64,000 nt of DNA from Curvularia clavata (lineage: Eukaryota): positions 2,542,001 to 2,606,000 of the forward strand of contig CP089277.1 in assembly GCA_023920165.1 (NCBI GenBank). Reading direction: 5' to 3'. Of the stretch, positions 35,829 through 48,719 are shown piece by piece; the first letter of the stretch is position 1, and the number at the start of each line of letters is the position of its first letter. The position numbers were made by a program, and so were the translations under genes. The notes under the pieces are model-generated. The model saw only the letters and a program-made list of their open reading frames with translations, was not told where the DNA came from and searched no databases.

Positions 35829-38800
35829 ATGGCGTCCGCTAGTCGCCTTGAGCTTCCACATCAGCTTTACAACCATATCGCCTTGCCCCGCAATGTCCCC
35901 GGCGAAGAAGACCGAAATATTTCCCACATCGATGCTGACTTGCTGGAGCGCATGCTGGACGCAACCAGAATGCTCCGTCGCTACACTGCTGCTGAACTCC
36001 AGCCTTGTATGCTTGGGCTAATTGACACGCTAGAAGCATCTCAGAGGCTGAATGGGGCCATCAGCAAGCCCACGCTTGTTAAGATGTTTCGCAATTTGAA
36101 TTGCCACAATATGCTTGTACTCTATATCACCCCACAGAATTGCGGTCTACTTGTCTACCAAGACACTGGGTGAGTTTACTAGTCACTCATGTCACACTCT
36201 ATAATGCTAACTTTTACAGTCCTGCAGGTGAAATTTCTATCGTTTTCGAAGCTTTCGAGGCATCTGCAACTGCCGACAAGGTGCTCGCAGCAAAGGGTGC
36301 GCTGCAATGGGACTGTGAGTATTTTACATGCATAAAATGGGTGGGTGATAGATGCTGACAGTTCTCCTTACAGTTCCTGGATCGGCTGTGTCTATTCCCA
36401 GGTCCAAGTTCGAACAGAGCGCCTTCCAAGATGCGCTCGCGACCTTCCTCGAGCAGGCCAGCCGTGAAGCCGTCAGCAAATTCGCCGCCGTTACCTGGAA
36501 GGCAACTGCCAAGCTCCCTGAAATCCGAGACACGAGTGATCCGGCAATCATATGTGGCTTGCTGATGGCTATACTGGAAGCCAATGGCACTACAGCAGCT
36601 GTGCCTCGACTGAGAAAGCGAGTACGTGATACCGTCGTCTTTGACAACGCTCGGAAACCTTGGAGACGATCTCCTTTCTATCTGGTTCTAAGAGTGGCTG
36701 TACAGAGGTATCTGTATCGTCGGCTAGGTGCACAAATGGGTAGAAACGTGTACAAGGCCATCATGTGCACACTTCATGTACAGCTCTTAGAGACTGTTCT
36801 GAAGAGAATACCTCTCGAAGAAACTTTCTTCTTACGCCAGAAGCTGGGCCGCCGTCTCGCGAAGCTGAGCTCTGATCTCCACGGCTCTAACAAAGCGTCA
36901 CTTTTTGCTCAGCCATATGGTCAGCGGTCGTTTGAGGAAATGTTTGAGATGGCCCTATCGTCGACAGGTGGATATTTGAAGCAGGTCTGGCGAACACACA
37001 AACAATCACGCGAACGTGTTGTCCCGGCATTGCCCCAACACGCGCGTGATGACGATTTCAGGCTCCTGTTATGCAACAGCCGCAATATCTTGCGCAGGAT
37101 TGTGGATGAGTATTCTTTGTCCTCAAGACGCCAAGGACAAACCGCTGCCGAGCTCTTAAGTTCATATGAGCAGTCTTCGACTTCAACCAAACCGTACATG
37201 AAAGCTGTTTCTAGTCACATCTCTTCATCCCAGTACCATGAAGATTTTGTGTTGCCTGCGAAATGCTCAGTACGACCGGAAAGCGACCGCACCATCGAAC
37301 TCAGCAACATAATCTGTGAATATGTTAGCGTCATCGGCGCAGAAAATCAGCCATATGCATACCAGAAAAGTCAACAACTGCTCCACCTGATGGAATTGTG
37401 GGTCCTTATGGACGAGGCTGCCGTGACGTGCTACCCACTACTCCTGGATTACCATCCCGGCTTCGAATCCGATATACTAGATCCTGTTGAATTGCTGACA
37501 CTTGAGGAGATGACAAGAGCCCAAGATGTCCGCCGGTATCTCGCAGCTCGATATCGTCCTCGCAAGGCGACTAATAGTAGGACGATATTCGATGATCCTG
37601 CAGATGACTGCTTCGCTGTGCGCTTCTATGATAGCAGCGACCTTGATGGTAAGCTTTCAAAGATGCGCCAGGAGATCGAAGATAAAGCCGAAGAGTCACG
37701 GATGAAAAAAGAGGTGGAATGGCAGGAAAGGAGCGCAGAGTACGAACAAAAGACCCTTAAGTGGAACGAAAAGGAGTGCATATATGATCCTGTTTTCACT
37801 CGAGATCCTCGTGGCGCTGGCTCACGTCATAGGGTACCCTGTGAGTGGCACAATCTTCAAAACGAGCTGAAGAGCATGAAAATCCGGATCTTCGAACACC
37901 CCCTCCCAGGTTACGAGCCAGCTGCAAAAGCAGCAATCTTTGAACTTCAATGCCCAAAGGTATTTGCTGCATACCGCGACGCCACTTGGCTTATTCTCTC
38001 GAGCCTTTGTCATCAGCCAGTTGAGCAGCTTGACCGCGTATCGCTTATCCGTGAATATTCGCAGTTGCAACCCTATGCCAATAACGTACGCTGTCGGGTA
38101 ACACTGGGATCTTACAAGAAAGCTCATTTGGAATGCCACTATGCCACTTGGGGCTTTCCGATTCCGTTCGAGGAAATCATTCGCACTTGTGGTCTGAAGC
38201 CTAAATACTGCGATACTGCAGGTGTCTGTTGGACAGATCGGCCCGCCAAGGCTTCGCTTTGGCATCACTTTCCCGTGAAGCTCGAGTTGAACTCGCCATT
38301 TTTAGCCCTCGGGCTAGACTATGCTGCTTGGCCAACATCGAACGAGATCCTAGCAAGCCAAGCCAAGTGTCCGCAAGGTCTAGGCCAACATGAATTTACG
38401 GCTTTTCAAGGCCTTCTAGTCGGCACTCATTCAAGATGGATTGATCTGCTTCGAGAGCTGGGCTCAAACAACATCAACTTCTCTTCGCAGTCGACCTGGG
38501 CGATTGTGTCACGTCTGATGCTTCAGCAAGGACCCAGCCACAACCAAGATACTGAGTATTCCGATATCCATGGTGCGCTACTGGACAATGACCTTTGCAC
38601 TGCATTATTGAACCAAGGCAGCTACAGACTACTGAGTATTCAGCGCAACTGGAGGGAACCCATGCAGATGGAAACCTTGATTACAATCTTGCTCAAAGTC
38701 ACGTCCCTGACTAGAAGCACAGAGGTCCAACGACATGGGATGGAACTCCTTCACCAAGCTCGCCAGATAACTGATGCTTGGCGAAGAGAGCTCCAAGGCA

Positions 38801-41800
38801 TCATCACGCAAGACCGCAGTGTTCTGCAATGGGCTATATGGGCGTCGCTTTTGTGCAAGCGCACGCTCCATACCAACAATCAACTGCTGCGTAATCCTGA
38901 AGTCCTTCAGATGTATCTGGATGCATCAATTTCTCTTCATTACAATCTTTCCGACGACATTGCATACATGCCCTTCAGCCTGCGTAACGCCATCGTTCAG
39001 GACGTACTATTCGCCTACGAAAATCGAGAACTCGTGAGGGACACTCTCCTCGCACATCCTGAAACGTTCATTGCTGTACTGCAACGGGTATGGCATGTTG
39101 CTGACGATTTTGATCGCAATGAATTGGAGTTGGAAACCATCTCTGACACTTGGTGGATTCTACTTACATTGAGGTCCAAAGCCGATCAGTATACATGCTT
39201 TGTGCACTTCAACTATCTCTATGGGACCCTTCTCATAGATGGGAAAGAGATGGGTACGTTGCCGTTGTCGTATCGAATGCATCCAGATTTCCGACACATC
39301 CTCGGTGCTAGAAACCCAGTCGTTTACCCTTCCCCTCTACGTGGCATGGATTTTGCGTTGTGCGAAACCGTGCGGAACAAGCACAGAATTCACCTGGCGT
39401 ATCGCAATGGTCGACTTATCATCCGCGAGGTTCACGACGGACGCTTGCTCGAGTTCGTCCCTCATAAAATATTTGAGCCTGATCTCCCCAGCCCTCTTGT
39501 TCAGGGCTGCTACCATTGGCTTGATGTTCACACTGGCCATGTTGAAGTCCGCCAGAGGGATCAATGGGCGGTCAGAGACATGAATTGGTGGCTACGAAAA
39601 TATCCTCAAGGAGTGTATCGTGCTGTGCGGAGATTTCAGCAAGCATGGCAGACAACGCTCATCGAGCCAACCAGCCACTTTGTTCAGAGTATCGCCCAGA
39701 TTTTCAGGTACTTTGAGCTTCCATCAGAGATACTGGTATTTGCCTCAAATAACCGTAAGGTGACCGTAGAATTGAAGCGCATGGACCTGAGCTTCTTCAT
39801 CAACCCGCATGGCCTCCTAGTGTCGGGACAACTAGGTGCTGTCGTTTCACAAAACCAAAATTGTGGAACATGGTACGGTCTACGTAACAAGATCGTGATA
39901 CAATCCGTCGCCAATCACCGTCAGAGGAGCATACTGGTCCCCTTGGGAGACTTGGATGTCTCAAGAGATGGGCCTCACGTCTGTGTCGATATCGTGACGG
40001 GCGGAGGTGAATATCTCAAGTTTACAGTCAATGATACCTTAGGGCGAATTGACTGCGCACCTGAGCCGCGTCTATTGTACACCAAGGCTCTACTTCATGC
40101 TTATACTTCGCATGTGGTAGCTGATCCCCTCACTGGCCGAACAGGAACTGAAGAAGCCCTTTTGCTTCTTCAATCTGCGGCCTACCAACCCTGGAACCCG
40201 TTAAAGGACCACTTGGTCGACTTGTTGAATCGCATCGAAAACCTCTCGCCGAAACGCGGATACTACCCGCCTGAAATCAAATGCATGGAAACAGTGTGCT
40301 GGAATGCTGACTGTACCAGCTATATGCAGGACGATCGCTATGCCGCAATCATCTCTAAAATTCTGAAAAGGTCGTCCGATTTGTCGCGCTTCCTTCCCGA
40401 GCACCAGGCTCAAAAACAACTCGGATTGTCCACACAAACCACACACCTCGCTACACGCGCTCTCGTAAGGTGCAATGCTCTCAAAAGAAAGGACACTGGT
40501 GACCAGGACGAAGTCTACCATACACGCGACACACGCACATCTTCCCGAGAACTGCTCAACGTGTTGGAGATATCGAAACTGCTTTTAGCCTGGCAGTCAT
40601 CGCACAGCATAGAAATTCCCTTGATCGCTCTTCTCCATGACGCTCCTGTTGTGGGTGGCTACGACAAGCTCTACCGAAAAGTCTTGCTCAGTGATCACTT
40701 TGCTGTTGACATCCGAGCCGAATGGGGAGCACTTGCACAGAAGGCTTTGCAGTGCAACTCGGACGATAAGTTTAGTCTGATGTTTCTCTTCAGCACCTTG
40801 GCATTTTCGCCCGATGCAAATCTGGACCTGCTTCGTGTTCTAGTTTCATTCGCCATGTTGCCAGAGATCCGTGCTATACCTGCACCAAAACACCCTGCCT
40901 ACTTCCACTTCCGTGCCGACGGTGCACCTCCAACATCATACTTTGTGTCCCTGATGGCTAAAGCGCGTGTTCCCTTCTCAGAAACTGGGTTCAAAAAGCG
41001 TTCGCAGCTAGTCAAAGCCGAGAGTTTACATGAGCCAAACGTAGACAAAGCATGCGAACTGCTAGCCGCCTCGATTGTAGCGCAATGGCCCAGCTCAAAG
41101 ATTGACCCACAGAGATTGGAAGCAGTCGATCCGGCGCATCTCGACATCGAGCGTGCTTTGGCAGACATTACTCCTGAATGGACGCGCCTCACGCAGAATC
41201 ACGAACTACTCTCGTATCTGGAGCAGGTTCAGGATGTTCTCTCTCGGGCGTATCCTCAAGAGTGTAAATCATTGAGGCCCGCCGTCGCACAAACCGAAAT
41301 CGTATCATTTTTGGTATACCCAGAACGTTCAAGAACTGGGGATGACATGCAACTTTGCCATTTGCTCAAGTGCCCCATAGCTGGTTATGCTGGGGTCGGC
41401 AAGGCTGATAATCCTGTTGTTGGTTCATATCCTGGGGCTCTTAGTGTTAGATCAGGTAATATTGTTCGGAGCCCAGGTAACTTCCATGGTCGCATGAACG
41501 ATACTCGCCCTCAGAAGATGTTGCTTCCTCATAATGCACCTTTCTTCCCATCGGAAATCGGAAAGCTCCGAGAGGTTGTATCGAAGTTTAAAGATGCATC
41601 ATCTTTTGTGCAGTGTAGGTATGCAGCGGAACTTGAAGCCAGCATTTGCGCGCTTCAAAAGTATATCATGAACAAGGAGAAAATAGTAAACCGGACCAGC
41701 CACCAGATCACTGTCGACGAAATCAACGCAGCAAAGGGCTCTGCAGCTGCAGTGGCCGAACATATCCGATGCGCTCTGCGTGCTAGCGACCCTCAAGCAA

Positions 41801-44800
41801 GATGGCTCCAGACGGCCGATCTTTGGCCCAACATGACGTTCATTGATCTACTGAGTCAGCTACGAGAGTCCTCAGGAACAGAGTTCGGAACAGGTACAAA
41901 AGAGGCACTAGTTGCTCTTGGTCTCGCGATGAGCAAGTTGCAACAGCTACTTCGCATACACGACTCACAAAAGCGGGGGAAGCAACAGCAGGAGCGAGAT
42001 GAATGGGCAAATAGGGGCCATACCAACTGGAGTCCACTAAAACATACGGATTGGTTGCTCCTAGAGATCGATGGCGATGTCCTCCTCCGAGAGGAGCAGG
42101 TAGAGGTCGCCCTGGCGACGGTTTTACCACCGTCAGGCAGGAATTCCGTTCTCCAACTCCAAATGGGCAAGGGGAAAACTTCCTGTATTCTCCGTAAGTG
42201 CTTTTCAGGTCCTATTCCAGTTTCACATTGCTTACTATTTCTAGCTATGGCGGCTGCGCTGCTCGCCAACGGCACAGACCTAGCGCGCGTCGTGGTACCA
42301 AGAGCCCTCTTGCTACAGTCGGCCCAGGCGATGCAAGTTAAGCTTGGAGGCTTAGTGAATCGCGAACTGATGCATGTACCCTTTTCTCGAAGAACGCCTA
42401 CAACGCCGTCCTTGATACGTCTATATGCAAATCTGCATATGAAGTTGCGTGATCGCCGTGGCATACTTCTCGCATTGCCCGAGCATATTCTCTCGTTCAA
42501 ACTCAGCGGCCTGCAGCAGCTGTGTGATGGAAATCTCGAACCAGCATCCAGAATGATGGAGACTCAGCATTGGCTCGATCAGTATTCACGGGACGTTTTA
42601 GATGAGTGTGATGTGTCTTTGGCGATACGCACGCAACTCATCTATCCATCCGGCACTCAGACGACTGTAGACGGCCATCCTACGCGCTGGCAAGTCATCC
42701 AAAATGTCCTTCATCTCGTAAAAGACTTCTCGTCCACGATACAAGCGCGGTATCCTTGCAGTATCGAAGTAGTCAAGCGTGGCGATGACGGATTTCCGCT
42801 CATATATTTTCTGCGCAAAGATGCTGAGGAACATCTTCTCTATCTCCTCGTCAATATCATCTGCAAAGGCCAGGTTCCGTCGATCTTGCCTTGTGCTGAG
42901 TATTCTCTCGCCACCCGGGAAGACATTCGAGCCTACATCTTCGTTCCGACTGTTCGCAGCCATGTAGTCTCCAGGATCTGCAAGGAATTTCAAGATAAAC
43001 CGAAGTTGATGAAGACAATCAATCTGCTTCGTGGACTGTTCGTTCATCGCATACTCCTCACCACTCTGAAGAAACGTTGGAACGTACAGTACGGACTGCA
43101 CTCGACACGTGCACCCATAGCGGTGCCATATCTAGCGAAGGGCGTCCCATCTCCTACAGCAGAATGGGGCCATCCAGACGTGGCCATCACTTTAACATGT
43201 CTATCTTTCTACTACCAGGGACTGAGCATGCACCAGTTCAAGGAATCCTTCGAACACCTTGTAAAGATCGACGAACCAGGTATCCAATATGAGAAATGGT
43301 TCCCAAAAGGATTTGTCATACCGAGGGAGCTGGACTATGCAGCCATCAACGCTGAAGACATGCGACAGCTAAGTGAGCTGCATCAATTGATTCGATGCAG
43401 TGCTAGCTTGGTCGACTTCTACTTGAACAATTTCGTGTTTCCAAAATACGCCAAGACTTTCAAATTGAAGCTCCAGGCGTCTGGATGGAATCTGTTCCCA
43501 TCTGTCGCCGCAGAGATAAAGCAAGGCGGTCCTCGTGTCACTGGGTTTTCAGGTACGAACGATTCCCGGCACCAACTGCCCCTTTTGATTCAACAACAAG
43601 AGATTGCACAACTCGCACACACAAATGCAGAGGTTCCATACTATCTCCTCATGCCTCCAAACCAGACCTATGTCCGCATGAATTTTCCAGATGGCGCTCG
43701 GTGGACTGAGGTGGACTTGATCAACAGCCTCGCGGTCACCGATTCTCATTCCAAGAAACAAAATGGGATGTTCCGTAGCAACAATTCATATCAACCTTGG
43801 ACAACTGGGAAAATTCGCATTCTCATCGATGCCGGTGCGCAGGTATTGGAGCATTCCAACAAGGATTTCGCCAGAGCCTGGTTGAATGCAGACTGGGACG
43901 CTGCAGCAGCCGTGTACTTCGATGACGACCACCGGGTATGGGTGCTGTCTCGTGCGGGTAAAAGTACTCCCCTGGTCGCGTCTCCTTTCGCCGACAATCT
44001 TGAGCGATGTGTGGTATACTTGGATGAAAGCCATTGTCGTGGAACCGACCTCAAATTTCCACCACAGGCACGGGCTGCACTCACTCTTGGTCAACACTTA
44101 ACAAAGGATGCGCTAGTACAGGCAGCCATGCGATTGCGCCTACTCGGCAAGACCCAGTCAGTCGCTTTCTTTTCACCTCCGGAAGTCCACCAGGGCATAC
44201 TGGACCGATTGAAGGTAACCAACGATAAGTATCACCCGACGTCCGGCGACGTGCTCCAGTGGTTATTTGGTCAAACTTGCGATATCATGGAGCAATCCGA
44301 ACCCTCTTTCTTTGCACAGACATCGCATTACCTGCAGCAAGAGCAGGCGCGGTTGGAGTTTCCTGACTATCTCCATTGCCCCGTGTTGCGAGATTCATTC
44401 TTGTCCAAAGTGCGCATCAAGGAAACCCTCTCGTTGAAACAACTATATCAGCCAAAGTCTCAGCGTCAGAATGAACCTCTCAAGACGGTCAAATGGGATC
44501 CAAAGCTAGGAGATATTGCCAAGGAGCTTCAACAACGACGAAAGAACTTCCAGGATCGCGGAACCGCTGTTCACGCCTCAGCCTTGGAGGAGGTAGAGAT
44601 TGAGCAAGAACGTGAAGCCGAGCGCGAGATTGAATCAGAGGTGGAACACGTGCGGGAAGTGCAACAATCTCTGCAATTCCAAGCAGCCAAAGTGAAGAAA
44701 CTTCACGAAGACGTCATCCATTTCGCTACTTTCGGACATCTGATTGCTGGGAGCGACGCCTACCGACCTATGTTCTCGCAACTGGCACGAGCTGAGCTGG

Positions 44801-45653
44801 GCCGTAAATACATGGTCAACCCTTCTATGAGATCAGGTCTCTGGGTTTCTGATCAGTTCAGCCGTACTGTTGAGACTTTGGAGTTGAACGATAATTACAT
44901 TCGGTCTCCTCATTGGATTCTCTGGAGCACTGTCAGCCAGCAAGCACTTCTGGTTAGTCCAGAGGAAGCGAATGAGCTGATTCCAATCGTACAACAATCA
45001 CAGCACTTTGAGGTAGGCAGCAAGATTCATCTTATCGTTTACGCCGCGCCAGTCACCCGCAGGATGCTGCATTTCAATCAACTCAACTTCTACGCCGTAC
45101 CATCGCTGCCGGCAGACTTCTGCGCTCCTGTTTGGCTGAGAGTAGAGTTGGGACTTTTCGCCGGACGCTTGTATCTTGAGTGGGACGAGTACCATGAGCT
45201 ACTGGGATACATTGGACTGAACGAGAACTTATCGCAAGACCCAGACAAGACTGCATTTGCAACGAAGCCACTGACTTTCCGTACGTATACCAAGCATTAT
45301 CTTTGTTAAAACTTTCGATTACTAACCAATAAATAACAGTGCACGACTGGATCACTCTCCGCCGCAAGGGACAAGACTTCGAGCACACGCCTATGGGTTT
45401 CATTACCACTGGCAAACCGCTCACGGAGAAGCACCCTTTCTTCCATACGCTCGCAAACGGAAACGATCCAGCTCTTGTTCAGAAGATTGCGCGACATGCT
45501 CCGGGCTATCCAGAAGAGCAAGAAGAAGATCAGCACGATGATGAAGATGACGAGGAGTTTGAACCTGCCCTTCAGCATATCGATGAGTCTGAAGACGAAG
45601 GTCCGGGATTCCAGTCTTGTGAGGAGGAAAGTTCTGTCGGGGATGATGAGTAA
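35829..45653 (+). CDS. Giant DUF6606/DUF3638/DUF3645-type protein with SF2 helicase-like P-loop motifs, ~3201 aa; exons 35829-36169, 36220-36314, 36374-42193, 42245-45280, 45340-45653
   Basis: N-terminal motifs are LYNHIALP, FEAFEAS, WDFPG and PWRRSPFYLVLRVA. Central motifs are DPLTGRTGTEEA and WLLLEID. Walker A-like QLQMGKGKTS, Walker B-like VLDECD, KRWNVQYG, AVPYLAKGVPSPTAEWGHPD, GFSGTND, LDESHCRGTDL and QAAMRLR follow. Exons sum to 9606 nt. Domain names are by recall. Confidence 0.85.
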
Positions 45654-46076
45654 GGAGCATGTGTCTATTTTGTTTTGTCTAGGACGTAACATGTAGGATA
45701 TTCGAGGTAATAGTGAATAAAAAGGAGTTGCAAAGAAATAGTCGCTTGTATGGTATGCTACCATGACTACGACAGTGACACTGCGCCAACCAAAAAGGCT
45801 AGGTGAATACTGATTGTGGCTGAGTTGAGCGGCTACTAGGTATTCAAGCTGAGACAAGAGACATTTAATTCCTCAGACCACAGCTGCATACAGCCGCACC
45901 ACAACACAGCCTCCACCTGACACCAAGTCACGAAACCCAAGATATCACTCGTGCATTCATTACATTCTGTACCCAGATTAAATATACAATAATGAAGATA
46001 TGCCGCCCTCCACCCACAAAAGAAATAATAAAAAAGCCGAAAATAAATAAACCTGACATGACTCCCATTGCACTCA

Positions 46077-46829
46077 TCACGGCACATACGGCGGCGGCGG
46101 GATGTCCCGCTCCCCCAACTCCGTCGACACGGTGGGCGCATAATGCGGTCTTTCCTCCCCACCGCTCTCGTATTCCCTCTGGAATCCATACCACTCATCC
46201 ACATCATGCTCCGTAGTAGCCAATTCGTACCGCAGCCCCGGCGACGTGGGCGTGGCCCCAAATGCCGGCGTCGACGCAGCGTACCGTGTGTTTCCGTACG
46301 GCGATAGCCCCGGCTGTTTGGCTTCTTTTTGTGGTGACGGGTCTTCGTCGGAGGGAATGTCGTGTGGCCGCGAGCCGTTGGCAACGGGCATGCGGGATAG
46401 CGTGGCGAAGGAATCGGTGCGTTGGAGAGAGGGCTGGATGATGATTTGGGGTTTGTGCTGTGGGACGGGGCGGCGCGGAATGTTGAAGCTTTGGGTGTGC
46501 TGGGGTGCTTGGGGTCTTGGCTGCTGATACTGCTGCTGCTGCTGCTGTTGTTGTTGCTGAGGTATCGTCTGAGGTGTATAGAGCTGAGGGCGTGGTTGGG
46601 GTGCGACAGCATAGCAGGCACGTTTGGTGTGGCATGGTGGCATTGCGGGCTGCTGCTGAGGAACGTGTGTATTCCAGCCGGTTTGCTGCTGCGAGCAGTT
46701 TGTGCCTGGGTACGTCTGGTGTCGTTTTTTCTGGGTATCGTACTGGAAGTCATCTTTTTGGTTCTTCTTTCGGTAGTGCCGGTGGAGGAGATAGCCGCCT
46801 GCGACTATCTCTAGGCCGCCCAAGATCAT
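46077..46829 (-). CDS. Hypothetical Gln/Pro-rich protein, 250 aa, with a short N-terminal hydrophobic segment and C-terminal PPPY
   Basis: ATG is in good context (CAACCATG). The protein begins MILGGLEIVAGGYLLHRHYRKK, contains a polyQ tract and ends DIPPPPYVP. Confidence 0.75.
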   Translation of the reverse strand: MILGGLEIVAGGYLLHRHYRKKNQKDDFQYDTQKKRHQTYPGTNCSQQQTGWNTHVPQQQPAMPPCHTKRACYAVAPQPRPQLYTPQTIPQQQQQQQQQQYQQPRPQAPQHTQSFNIPRRPVPQHKPQIIIQPSLQRTDSFATLSRMPVANGSRPHDIPSDEDPSPQKEAKQPGLSPYGNTRYAASTPAFGATPTSPGLRYELATTEHDVDEWYGFQREYESGGEERPHYAPTVSTELGERDIPPPPYVP

Positions 46830-47786
46830 GGTTGTTGGAGTTGGGAAGGTGGTAGATGGAGGCTAGAGAGGAAAGTTTGAGCTGGAGGGGAGGATGCTTG
46901 CCAGGCAAGAGACGGGTGAGGTGACTGAGGCCATAATTATTGGTTTTGTGCTCAGCCTCTTTCTAGTTGCACGATGGCTAGAAGCTATTGGGGCCGCATG
47001 TTCCGACCGTGGTGGCGGAGTCACGGAGGTGCAGAGGGATCTTGGCCAATGGGCGCACTGCGTCTATCACAGCCTTGTTGGCGGCCGCAGGAATACTAAA
47101 CGCTTTCTGTTTCTCTTCGCTAACAATTAACCGCGCGAAACCATAGCTTTGAACAAATGCATTAGTAGCTGCATGGCTCCTAGTTCTTTCCTACCTCATT
47201 GGATGACGAGAAGGAATAAAGAGACGAATGGCGTGATGCACTCTTTCTCGGATACTTCTTATGCAAGACAACCGTCTGCCTAAAATCCCTCAACAGTTGT
47301 CTGCGCAAGGCTCACAACATGATGTCGTGGAAAAACATCTGTTGGATCGTTTCTTTAGCCCTCTTGCTTATTTGTGACAAGATAGCTATTCTTTTCGCAA
47401 AACACTTTCTCATCTCAACGTGAAAAAAGACTCAGGTTTGCGATCACCGTCTTTGTAAATTCATGCCAAACATCTAAACTAGTCCAATTGCACATGCCTC
47501 GGAATTGGAAAATCCCGGATAAATCACACTGGGTTGTAACTCTCAATCATACAAGAAACAAGGGGGGTTGTGTGTCCCTTGCACCTAGCTGCAATACCCC
47601 TATGCTGTGACCAAAAGCTGCAGCCTGAGAAGGGACAACGCCTATGTCAGAAGGATGTGTTCAGACTAGATTCTAAAACAAGATCGCAAGCATCTGGTAT
47701 CCATTGATACACCTGCTCACCAGCTGTTCTAGCTCTTCTCTTTAACAATAGCTTTTCTCCTTTGAATTAGACTACCAAGCATTTCA

Positions 47787-48719
47787 TCAGTCTCCATTAG
47801 CGCTTGCCTCGCTATCGCTGTCTTCATCCGCCGCTGCAACCTGAATACCGACATCATCCAAAGTCTTATCGAGTTGCGGAATGCCAGCAAACTCAAGCCA
47901 CTTTTTCACACACTCAGGTTTGTTGGCTGGTATTATTTCTCTTGTCGAATTTCCTTCATCGCCCGTGTCTTCTTTCTTCTCCTCAAGCATCCAGGGCTCT
48001 TTGACCGTGTGTCGGATGTTAACAAACAGCTGGTTTGCGTCCGATCGACTGAGGAAATATGAATAGTCTGTGTAATATGCTATTCCAGTAACATATCTCT
48101 CAACGTAGTCCCTCCACTCTTGATTTCCTTTGATATCAACGAGCGCGTTCATGTTGACTGGGTCGCGCCCTTGCATTTTATCGAACCTCAGAGTAAGACC
48201 TGGTGACTTGCGCAGGTACTGTATGAACGGTAACACTTCGAGGTGTTTGACTCGTTGTGTTAACAAGAAACATGTGCCGTAGGCATCCTCTGGTCGGAGG
48301 AATAAGTCCAAAATGTATCGTGGCACCTCGTCGGAATACATGAATTCAACTTGAACTTGACTGAGGTGCAAAGGGAGGAATTCGCGACGGATAACCCGAC
48401 ATGTTTGGGTAAGGCCTAACGTCTGCCTTTTCAGTCGCCCCCAACAGCTGTAATACCCGCAGCTGGGTGAAATTATGCACCCCCACTCTGGGTAAGGACG
48501 AGCCCTCAGCCGGACGGTGTATGGTCTATCAAGATCCCTGTCTTTGTATGGGTCACGGTGAATAAGAACGTAATCGTAAATACGGTTACGAAGTTCTGAA
48601 TAAGTCAATCGATGAGGAATTGGTTTTGCAGAAATTTTCAGGAGTATTTACATACCTCCTGGAAGTTCTAAAAGATAGCATCGAGATGGTGTTGCGGCCG
48701 GTAGTATAAGATCCGTCAT
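47787..48719 (-). CDS. Hypothetical protein with an N-terminal F-box-like motif; exons 48719-48656, 48595-47787
   Basis: Spliced start reads MTDLILPAATPSRCYLLELPG|ELRNRIYDYVL, followed by LGLTQTCRVIRREFLPL. The intron is GTATGT..CAG. Confidence 0.8.
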
